This document shows, one piece after another, positions 56,901 through 63,222 of a stretch of 63,222 nt of DNA. The position numbers were made by a program, and so were the translations under genes. The DNA lies in contig JANXER010000005.1 in NCBI GenBank assembly GCA_025057955.1, forward strand, positions 1-63,222, written 5' to 3'. The stretch comes from Candidatus Methanomethylicaceae archaeon. Its GTDB lineage: Archaea > Thermoproteota > Methanomethylicia > Methanomethylicales > Methanomethylicaceae. The stretch's first letter is position 1; every line of letters begins with the position of its first letter. The notes under the pieces were generated by a model. That model saw only the letters and a list, made by a program, of their open reading frames with translations. It did not search any database and was not told the DNA's origin.

Positions 56901-57995
56901 CAGCCAACTTTGATTCAAGTAACAGCATGGCTTGATTCAATGGGTGCATGGTGGTGGAATGGTAAAAAGTTCATGAATACTACATATAAATTCAATGGAA
57001 GTGTGATGACAGATTCACAAGGAAAATTTACAATAAGATTTGGCTCTTTAGATGAAGTATTTTATACCACAGCAGAGGATGCAAAAGTTGGAGAGAAATT
57101 TTATGCCTATGCTAATATCACCGTGGGCTCAAATACATATAATTTAATAAGCGTTTGGAGAATTGATAACATAATGCCTTGGATGATCTTCAATTATAAT
57201 TTAACTGGAGTAAATGCAACAGTTTATTTCAAATATTCTACAGATGGATCACCAATAAAGGGTAGAGCTGGATATTATGCAGCATCTATAAGCATTTATC
57301 CACCAATAGTAAATAATCAATTTAAAAGTGAAAGATTATCTACACCTTGTGATGAAAATGGAAAATCATGGTTGTGGATTCCTTATTCAGAAATGAAACA
57401 AATTAGAAGAGGAAATGCCAGCATTATAGTTTGGGATTTAACAAGAAGATTCAATTCAAATAATGAAACCATATATTTTGCCATAACATGGGCCATAAGA
57501 ACAAATGTAACCTATTCAGCTATAGCAGCAATGATATTCTTTTTCAATGCCACTCATATGCTAATTGAACCAATAGATTGGGGAAGTTCTAATTTATTAC
57601 CAATAGAGAATGCATATGCTTATCTCTATTGGGATACATATGAACATCCCTTCAATGGAAGAAATGGACTTATAGGCATATTTGGGCCATCCAAAATAAT
57701 ACCAATAATTAAGGAGGAATGGCAGAAGTATAGAGCATATTTAAATATCAATGGAACTCCATGGCCTATATTTAACAATATAAAATTGAGTCCATTGAAG
57801 AATAGTATAGCAGCAATAGTCCTTCAATATCCCAATGCATATGAATTGATTTATGATAATGTTAATGCGCCAAAGCGCTTATATCTATTCCTAGTGCCAG
57901 GGTTTACAGAAGGGATATTATATAATCCAGCCGTGGAAATGCCAGATATCATTTTCCATAAACCTCATAATGAAGAGGAATTGTATAATTCCTGA
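53988..57995 (+). CDS. Giant secreted surface protein: signal peptide, 2 PKD-like domains, 3 InlB-B-repeat-like modules, ~470-aa C-terminal region of unknown fold
   Basis: The signal is FVFLLTTVSLLTIVFSVQPILAYS. The PKD-like blocks end in YTFTTPGNYNITLTAIDSMG and HVYSQAGNYNAKLTIVDSMG. Three modules share LTI.....GGTT.PPPG.Y.....(I.A.P)...W..DG (about nt 54876-55082, 55677-55884 and 56566-56790). It has many N-x-S/T sequons. Confidence 0.8.
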   Translation: MMNIKHFVFLLTTVSLLTIVFSVQPILAYSESQYIPYSNFNFIYNLSPAGLDEGQKIGFIQNHPIRENIAEWGWFNLRVRAYAATPIGGTQPYRPNVNVTAELYYSGSFWRPFSYVESRTINPSIEVLDFKIPYDPFGNQIGNSSYGYSTLSMNTSGSMNYSIRLAQLYASADYWFSNHEALFEWAVADVKLKMITGAILTFYWTEIASIQCSSSPSVGYPILFIAMIRDGVPPYNIKWNFEGRIIEQQVQGKIGESVFTSIQYTFTTPGNYNITLTAIDSMGISDTKWILIKVSSVYLTIQTSIGGTTNPPPGIYSYMKGEQISIQALPSPEYVLGWWELDGVISGDEDSFRIIMDRNHTVKAIFVQRLIASLTAAPSFGLVPLNTTFTCITSGGLSPYSYELEFGDSGVFILNQSNFTTIQTWHVYSQAGNYNAKLTIVDSMGRKGYASTTVIVQNPLGLDITLSKSNDIIIAPGQTGTSIIYVNASRAEPVLLSMQWIGNVPADVFSSINPTSLIPNGTAMLIISADSKTPLGNYVCRIIGTAGNTTAYVDVHVSILQRIYYLTISSANGGTTEPPPGIYAHPSGSIVHIKAIPNVNWSLSAWRVDGLLSGGNEVLIIKMDGNRTIQPIFLQNNFSQSQFIIDVKYFEAGVWRSGSQSNPLDFSKYGAVKWNISNIELLSPITISTTLGSQISIQFDPLNTDNKFISTWGGKPKSKVWSARLYTTSGSYNNDILPSLITYPSSYSAIVLPPSSILEIKLKWMDYPINVTCNAPWGYVYVTSNSPGWELYDYSKYENGFGVYYVDHGHKFSITAIPFTGYYLDRIEVNGTCYYRDYVIIEDVRAPHDIKVYFSAISPTFILTIISTEGGTTIPSPGNYAVPRYSTQTIKAQVINASYYFTGWMVNGFPAGLNDSISIYMDGDKIAMATFDTDLLALVGPCSLINGNMFKRVIINEKFGINVTWQVPGVKQPTLIQVTAWLDSMGAWWWNGKKFMNTTYKFNGSVMTDSQGKFTIRFGSLDEVFYTTAEDAKVGEKFYAYANITVGSNTYNLISVWRIDNIMPWMIFNYNLTGVNATVYFKYSTDGSPIKGRAGYYAASISIYPPIVNNQFKSERLSTPCDENGKSWLWIPYSEMKQIRRGNASIIVWDLTRRFNSNNETIYFAITWAIRTNVTYSAIAAMIFFFNATHMLIEPIDWGSSNLLPIENAYAYLYWDTYEHPFNGRNGLIGIFGPSKIIPIIKEEWQKYRAYLNINGTPWPIFNNIKLSPLKNSIAAIVLQYPNAYELIYDNVNAPKRLYLFLVPGFTEGILYNPAVEMPDIIFHKPHNEEELYNS

Positions 57996-58035
57996 TTTTA
58001 AATTTGTTTTTAAATTATAAATTTAGGATGATTAT

Positions 58036-58716
58036 ATGGAGCATGCTTTAAGCACTGCTATTATAACAGTGGCATTAATAGCTATATCTATTTCAGCCAT
58101 GGGAATAGCATATACATATGCCTTACAAATACAAGATGCTCCAATATTAGCATTAAGATCTAAAATTTTTGAAATAGCTGCTGCTCTAGAGCAAGCATCT
58201 TCCCTTGAAATAAAGAGGAGCGTTCATGGCATTAGCATGGGAAGATTTATAATGGAAAGCATTGACATGGGATATTTCAATATAACATTGGAACTTCCTG
58301 GAGGCATTTATGAAATTAAACTTAATAGAATTGCACTAAAGGGATTGGGTATTATTGAATCCTTTGGAAATAGTTTCAACTTTGGTCAACCTTCCATAAG
58401 AGTTTTGAATAATGAATTCATAGTTCCTTCCATAGGAATAAGCTATTTTGGAACTGATGTGGAAATGAACTCAAACCTTCACACAATAGTATTGAGAATA
58501 CCCTTAATTCAAAATTTCAAGGCCTCAGGAACATTTACAATGAATATAATTCCTATGGACAAAAAATATGAAACTCATGTTTTTGAATTATCTCAAGAAG
58601 GCTTAGTAAACTTGAGAATTGATGGTGAACATGCTCTAAGCATTAATGTTAAGATAGGAGATAAAATAAAAATCGTGGTAAATTACATTCTAATAAAATT
58701 GGAGAAACATTTATGA
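58036..58716 (+). CDS. Type IV pilin-like protein with a class III signal peptide-like N-terminus
   Basis: Its N-terminus MEHALSTAIITVALIAISISAMGIAYTYAL resembles the archaeal pilin N-terminal domain. It starts 40 nt after the giant ORF on the same strand. Confidence 0.5.
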   Translation: MEHALSTAIITVALIAISISAMGIAYTYALQIQDAPILALRSKIFEIAAALEQASSLEIKRSVHGISMGRFIMESIDMGYFNITLELPGGIYEIKLNRIALKGLGIIESFGNSFNFGQPSIRVLNNEFIVPSIGISYFGTDVEMNSNLHTIVLRIPLIQNFKASGTFTMNIIPMDKKYETHVFELSQEGLVNLRIDGEHALSINVKIGDKIKIVVNYILIKLEKHL

Positions 58717-58732
58717 AAAACCTTTTAATTTA

Positions 58733-59149
58733 TCATAATTCACGTGGATCTATTCTTTTTATCCCTGGTACATTGTCAAAAATATTATCGGTTGAGATAA
58801 TGGTTCGATCTGATACTTTGTTAAGCACTGTGGCTGCATAATAGGCATCGAAAATTGAGCTAATATTATATTGTTTCATTAATGCTAAAGCCAATAAATC
58901 AATTTCATAAGTTGTTTCTAAGAAAATTAAATTATCTATAGTTATTAGAGCTGAAAGTCTATATATAATTTCATCAATAGAAATTCCCTCAGCCCTTGAA
59001 ACATAATATATTTCATGAAGACTTTCTCTTGAAGCATAAATCTTGCCTAAATCTCCTCTTACGATCTTAGTCATAATCTTATTGGCTATTGGCTTAAGCC
59101 AATCATCCTTCTTAATATAGGCATAGAGTATATCAGTTTCAACCATCAA
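58733..59149 (-). CDS. vapC: PIN-domain toxin VapC
   Basis: The acidic residues fall in a PIN layout: VETDIL, LHEIYY, SIFDAYYAA and ISTDNIFD. It overlaps vapB by 4 nt. Confidence 0.8.
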   Translation of the reverse strand: MMVETDILYAYIKKDDWLKPIANKIMTKIVRGDLGKIYASRESLHEIYYVSRAEGISIDEIIYRLSALITIDNLIFLETTYEIDLLALALMKQYNISSIFDAYYAATVLNKVSDRTIISTDNIFDNVPGIKRIDPREL

Positions 59150-59394
59150 AGTTGTTTTCTCCTCCTTGCTCTTTTAATGGCATCTTCACCAGCCATTTTC
59201 TCTGCTATAGCTTTAAGTTCCTTTTCACTTTTCTCAGTAGTCAACCATCCCTTAGCTTCTTCATGTGGAACCTTCGGAAGAGGGATGGTGACAAAAAATG
59301 ATCCAGCTGGTATGACTATGACTTTAGTTTCTTTTATTCCAAATTCCTTCGGAATTGTCATTCTTCCTCTTTCATCAACCTTAACTATGGCCAT
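59146..59394 (-). CDS. vapB: AbrB/SpoVT-family antitoxin VapB
   Basis: MAIVKVDERGRMTIPKEF is the swapped-hairpin barrel motif. I prefer the start at 59394 over the track start at 59442. Confidence 0.8.
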   Translation of the reverse strand: MAIVKVDERGRMTIPKEFGIKETKVIVIPAGSFFVTIPLPKVPHEEAKGWLTTEKSEKELKAIAEKMAGEDAIKRARRRKQL

Positions 59395-59529
59395 ATAATC
59401 CCCAAAATAAAAGTTAATCCCAAAAATATAAATATTACCCATATATAGTAATTTTTCCCATTATTTATTTTTAATATTAGCTTTGAAAAATTACCATTTA
59501 ATTCCTTCTTTGGTTCTTCAATTGCCTTA

Positions 59530-60166
59530 TTATATAACTTCAATGTTAAGATTAATCCTATAATCAAAACTATGGATTCTATGGTAATTAATATTACTTT
59601 GTGTAAATTGATATATTAAAGTATCAATAGTTCCATGAATTACAATTATCAATATTAATCCTAAAATTCCCTTCTTCTTAACCATATCTACCATAAATAT
59701 AGTGCTACCAGTATGAAACATTGTTGCTGAAAACCTTTCTAAAGCTGATATCATATATATTGGTATAGTTAGCCCAGCTGCTACTGAAGCAATTAATCCA
59801 GAAACTCCAATATGGAATGCCTCTGTTAATCCAAACCCCAATCCAATATTTAAAGCTCCAGTATATGATTTATTCCTTATAAATATGTATTTAAAGCCAG
59901 ATCGCACCAAACCTGCTATAAGCCATAATGAAATGCCAACCATAAATCCTTGGCTTAAAATTAATTTCATAGCCTCTTCTTGATTTACATTATTGAAGAG
60001 TATTATTAATAATATTGACAATTGTTGAATTAAAGATTGAACAATTATAGAAATGAAGAATATGAAAAGACCTAGGAGAATTTCTCCTCAATTTCCTAAA
60101 GCCAAGAGAGCGAAGAAGGATTAATCCAACTAATCCTCCTAAAATTGGAAATAAAATCATCCACAT
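59530..60166 (-). pseudogene. YhfC-like polytopic membrane protein with an apparent frameshift near 60075-60090
   Basis: The N-terminal 57-codon frame (MWMILFPILGGLVGLILLRSLGFRKL..., 60166-59993) is followed in the +1 frame by EILLGLFIFFISIIVQSLIQQLSILLIILF..., which continues into ORF 59530-60021. The blocks GLGFGLTEAF, LERFSATMFH and IHGTIDTL resemble YhfC-family blocks, though some catalytic residues appear substituted. Confidence 0.45.
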
Positions 60167-60175
60167 AATGGTACC

Positions 60176-60505
60176 TTACTCTTTTTCTATAACTACAGCA
60201 GTTCCATATGCGTATATTTCAGCCATCCTTGTACTAATAGTAGCAGTTGCAAATCTAAATCCTATTATAGCATTTGCACCCATATCTTTAGCTGATTTCA
60301 CAAGCCTTTTAATAGCCTCTTCTCTTGCTTCTGCAAGAAGTTGTGTATATTCCTTTATTTCTCCTCCAGCAATATTTCTAAGTGCAGCCATTATATCTCT
60401 ACCAAGGTGTGTAGCTCTTACAACACCACCCTTAGCAATACCCTTTATCTCTTTTATCCTATATCCAGGAATAGTATCAGTTGTAACTAATATTATATCC
60501 TCCAT
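60176..60505 (-). CDS. YbjQ/UPF0145-family protein
   Basis: It has ILVTTDTIPGYRI.E..G.A.G..V and a C-terminal AIIGFRF....I......YGTAV pattern. I prefer the start MEDIILV (60505). Confidence 0.75.
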   Translation of the reverse strand: MEDIILVTTDTIPGYRIKEIKGIAKGGVVRATHLGRDIMAALRNIAGGEIKEYTQLLAEAREEAIKRLVKSAKDMGANAIIGFRFATATISTRMAEIYAYGTAVVIEKE

Positions 60506-60620
60506 ATCTTTCACCAATAGAATGAAGTGAGCTTCATATATTAAAGGATTTAATTGATGAATTTCTTATTTTTTGAAAACCACTTTTTAAATTTCCATGT
60601 ATTGATATAATTGAGCGACC

Positions 60621-61010
60621 ATGCATAAGCCTCTAACTGAAATTATAGCAATAATTACCTCTCTTTCAATGGGTTCAATATTAATAGGATTAACTTATGT
60701 TCAAGGAATAAGTGCATCCATAGTTGCTGAAGAGATAACAGCAGCTTCATTAGCATCCTCAATAGCATCAACATGTATTCAAAGTGTAGAAATGGCTAGA
60801 ATACAAGGTAATTCAGTAAGCATAATAATGCTTTTTTCAAAACCTATTATAATAAATACTAATAATTGTTTAATATCTTGTACACTAACATCCTCATTTG
60901 CCACAGTTTACATTAATGCTAGTTTGAATATTGTTGATTTCAAAGGAATGGTAAATTATCTCAATATTACAGCATATCCAAATGGAATGGTGATTATAAC
61001 TGGTGGATAG
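60621..61010 (+). CDS. Small pilin-like protein (class III signal peptide-like N-terminus)
   Basis: The N-terminus is MHKPLTEIIAIITSLSMGSILIGLTYV, followed by a Ser/Thr/Ile-rich beta-type region. It is 129 aa. Confidence 0.45.
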   Translation: MHKPLTEIIAIITSLSMGSILIGLTYVQGISASIVAEEITAASLASSIASTCIQSVEMARIQGNSVSIIMLFSKPIIINTNNCLISCTLTSSFATVYINASLNIVDFKGMVNYLNITAYPNGMVIITGG

Positions 61011-61029
61011 ATAATGGAGCGATTGAAAT

Positions 61030-61452
61030 ATGGATAAGCCCATAGAGATGGTTATGGCTTTTACAATATTTCTTTTAGCATTTTTCTTTGTATACACTAT
61101 AGGATTAGGATTATATACAGCTGGAATAAATGCAAAGATTTCATCCATACTTACATCAATGGCTGAGGCAACAGCCTCAACAATAATATTGCAAAATGGA
61201 GCATCTTCATCACTATGGCAATTATGGAATCCAGAAATAATTCCCACCATAAATATTATTCATCCATCATATTTGATAATAAAGCCAAAAATAAGCTTGA
61301 AGGCAACATGTTTCGGAGATGAAGGAGAAATATTATGGATTAAGGGAAGTGAAGCAAAAACTGAGGTAAAAACTCCTATTGGAAGTGCTTTTAGATTCTT
61401 AATTTTAGATAATGGAAATGCTGTGAAGCTAGAGGTGTATATAATTGGATAA
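61030..61452 (+). CDS. Small pilin-like protein (class III signal peptide-like N-terminus)
   Basis: The N-terminus is MDKPIEMVMAFTIFLLAFFFVYTIGLGLY. It is 140 aa and overlaps the next gene by 8 nt. Confidence 0.45.
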   Translation: MDKPIEMVMAFTIFLLAFFFVYTIGLGLYTAGINAKISSILTSMAEATASTIILQNGASSSLWQLWNPEIIPTINIIHPSYLIIKPKISLKATCFGDEGEILWIKGSEAKTEVKTPIGSAFRFLILDNGNAVKLEVYIIG

Positions 61453-61855
61453 TTTACTAAATAATAAGGGAATTACACTTATGTATGATGCAATATTTGC
61501 ATGTATAATCATGTTTTTTGCCTTGGCAATTTTTGCAAATTCAATTCCTCGACCCATTTTAATTCAAAAAGATCTAAGTGAATATGCTAATTCAGTTTTA
61601 ATATGGATGGATTCCAAGGGATTATTAACTAAATGCATTTATGAGGAAGATTTAAAGCTACTATCCTCTATTCTCAATAAACTTTGTCCTAAAAATTACA
61701 GGCTTGAGGTATATTCATTAGAAGGAACTTTATTATGGTCTTATACATCTTCTGGATTCGATTTTGATAGATCGTCAGCCTCCCAACAATATCTATTGAT
61801 AAGCTATCAAGGAATTCCCAGCCCTAGGTTTGTGATTTTAAAAATTTCGCCTTAA
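61445..61855 (+). CDS. Small pilin-like protein (KG|I putative prepilin cleavage context)
   Basis: The N-terminus is MDNLLNNKGITLMYDAIFACIIMFFALAIFA, a short polar leader ending in KG followed by about 22 hydrophobic residues. Confidence 0.5.
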   Translation: MDNLLNNKGITLMYDAIFACIIMFFALAIFANSIPRPILIQKDLSEYANSVLIWMDSKGLLTKCIYEEDLKLLSSILNKLCPKNYRLEVYSLEGTLLWSYTSSGFDFDRSSASQQYLLISYQGIPSPRFVILKISP

Positions 61856-61877
61856 AAATTTCCATTCGATTATCCCT

Positions 61878-62345
61878 TTGGGGAGAATTTTGGTATTACT
61901 TGAGAAAATATTGAACAAAGGTCTTACAACTCCACTCAGCACTATTATAATAGTAATTTCCATGCTTACCATTAATTCTATAGTATTTACAAAGGCATTT
62001 ACTATAGCCCTCAACCTATGGCAAGAGATTAACTCAAGACAACAAGATGTTATCCTACTTCATAATACAATAATTGGAATTTCATTATCTAATCCCGGCA
62101 GCTCTTCAATAGTTTATTTAAGGCCTCATTCCTCAATAATTTGCACTAATTCATCTATAAAGTATCCAATTTCATTTGAAGCGAGAGCTCCAGCTGGAAC
62201 GATAATTGCTGTAGAAAGAACTTCTACTTACACCATAGTCAAATATGCTATGAGGATTAATCCCTTCATCATACCTTCAGGCCAAGTTAAAGTTGTTGTA
62301 AGTAAAAATATTGATGGTTCAATATCTGTGGATGTGAAAATATGA
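61878..62345 (+). CDS. Small pilin-like protein (KG|L putative prepilin cleavage context)
   Basis: It reads ...LNKGLTTPLSTIIIVISMLTINSIVF. An alternative TTG start at 61911 would give (M)NKGLTTPL..., parallel to the next gene's MNKGFSLS. Confidence 0.5.
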   Translation: MGRILVLLEKILNKGLTTPLSTIIIVISMLTINSIVFTKAFTIALNLWQEINSRQQDVILLHNTIIGISLSNPGSSSIVYLRPHSSIICTNSSIKYPISFEARAPAGTIIAVERTSTYTIVKYAMRINPFIIPSGQVKVVVSKNIDGSISVDVKI

Positions 62346-63109
62346 ACAAGGGCTTTTCTCTTTCAATATCAGCTCTAATAATGATGCTTATTCTCATTTC
62401 ATTTGCTGTATCAATTCAATCCATGGACAATGATATATTCATTATAAACTTAAATGATTCACGAATGAAAATTCAAAGATCTCTAATAGCGGAATTACTA
62501 CTGGCTGAAATGAAAGGTATTAGAGATCATTTACAGAATGTTTCAGGATTATTTATTAATATAACTAAAGCTCATTTACCTCCTCCATCAGGAATAATAA
62601 CAAAGATTGTTAATGGAACTGGAGGAAATCCATATAAAGTCACTGTGATGGCCTCAGAAGGAGCGATTATAGTTATTACAGATAGCCAATATATAGTCAA
62701 AGCCATTGAAGTTATTCCATTCGGAAGAGGTTTCATTGATTTAATGCTTCCATCCGAAATAATTTCATCTGGCTGTCTTTTAATATATGATTCACTGCCA
62801 ATTTATACTTATTTAGGAAACATCAGCCCCTCTTTAAATTATACAGTAATAAGACATCCCCCCTCCATTATTTCAACATCATGGTCTCCTCCTCAAGGAT
62901 TTAATCAAATTTTATTGCATGGGGCCCCTCCTCTCTCACTAATAGAGCTCGCTGTAAATTTGCAAAGAGTATATGCAGTCATGGATCTAACATCAACTTT
63001 AATAGCCATAAGTGGGCCATTCGGAAGTGGAAGCATTCATGTAAGAATTCCCATGAGTTGGTATTATGGCGATATAAAGAGTGGTGATGTTTATTTATAC
63101 TATCCATAA
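62342..63109 (+). CDS. Pilin-like protein, largest of the set (KG|F putative prepilin cleavage context)
   Basis: The N-terminus is MNKGFSLSISALIMMLILISFAVSI. The start overlaps the upstream stop (ATGA), and the protein is 255 aa. Confidence 0.5.
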   Translation: MNKGFSLSISALIMMLILISFAVSIQSMDNDIFIINLNDSRMKIQRSLIAELLLAEMKGIRDHLQNVSGLFINITKAHLPPPSGIITKIVNGTGGNPYKVTVMASEGAIIVITDSQYIVKAIEVIPFGRGFIDLMLPSEIISSGCLLIYDSLPIYTYLGNISPSLNYTVIRHPPSIISTSWSPPQGFNQILLHGAPPLSLIELAVNLQRVYAVMDLTSTLIAISGPFGSGSIHVRIPMSWYYGDIKSGDVYLYYP

Positions 63110-63136
63110 TAAAATCACAATAATTACAATAGTTCT

Positions 63137-63222
63137 AATGATTTTCTCTCCTATATCGCTTGCCTCTAATAATTTTACCATAATTTATTTGAGCGATGTT
63201 AAGCTCGATTTGAGCGGAGGAA
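63137..63222 (+). CDS. 5' end of a further ORF continuing past the window edge
   Basis: The ATG at 63137 opens MIFSPISLASNNFTIIYLSDVKLDLSGG... with no stop before the window end. It is too short to classify. Confidence 0.3.

Noticed and set aside
59385-59567. A 60-aa minus-strand ORF lies between vapB and the YhfC-like gene.
   Set aside because: It overlaps the N-terminal extension of vapB that I reject and also the 3' end of the YhfC-like gene. Its composition is hydrophobic and low-complexity, and it has no independent support.
58714-60594. Imperfect direct repeats flank the minus-strand VapBC/YbjQ cassette (TGAAAAACCTTTTAATTT at 58714-58731 versus TGAAAACCACTTTTTAAATTT at 60574-60594) and might be insertion scars.
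   Set aside because: About 17 matching positions are reached only after several gaps, in low-complexity A/T-rich sequence. This is not distinguishable from chance without comparative data.

Overview
This 63.2-kb window is a densely packed stretch of a visibly AT-rich archaeal chromosome. Archaeal hallmarks include sn-glycerol-1-phosphate dehydrogenase, two proteasome beta subunits, aCPSF1, class I LysRS, SepRS, Taw1, diphthine synthase, a NOG1-type GTPase, the Sm/L37e gene pair and tRNA introns with bulge-helix-bulge (BHB) motifs. The tRNA genes are GC-rich islands in the AT-rich background, which suggests a thermophile. A tRNA intron at a non-canonical position and the duplicated proteasome beta genes fit a TACK/Crenarchaeota-like lineage, but the organism cannot be named from this sequence. 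I call about 85 protein genes, many with 4-8 nt overlaps, and 5 tRNAs: Thr-CGU, Lys-CUU (17-nt intron at 30/31), Glu-UUC, Leu-GAG and Ala-GGC (16-nt canonical intron). I saw no rRNA, CRISPR array, transposase or integrase. Roughly 2.5-33 kb is housekeeping: cofactor, tRNA-modification, proteasome, PLP, FAD and NAD genes plus HypCD. The parts worth a second look are listed below.
1. A SlaA/SlaB-like envelope gene pair sits at the 5' edge.
2. A perfect 95-bp direct repeat duplicates the start of a P-type ATPase gene.
3. An operon runs hypothetical, glutaredoxin-like, unannotated 4-Cys mini-ORF, GNAT and a C-terminally short CysRS, in a genome that also encodes SepRS.
4. A membrane-anchored wHTH gene and a secreted beta-propeller gene diverge from a perfect 8-3-8 palindrome.
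5. The most novel-looking part is the 3' end (54-63.2 kb). A 1335-aa PKD/B-repeat surface protein is followed by six small proteins with class III (type IV pilin-like) signal peptides. The locus is split by a VapBC/YbjQ/YhfC cassette, shows no assembly ATPase in view, and runs off the window edge.
Two apparent frameshifts (33.9 kb and 60.1 kb) and two small genes missing from the ORF track (L37e and the 4-Cys ORF) are also reported. All function calls rest on motif recognition by eye, not on database searches.
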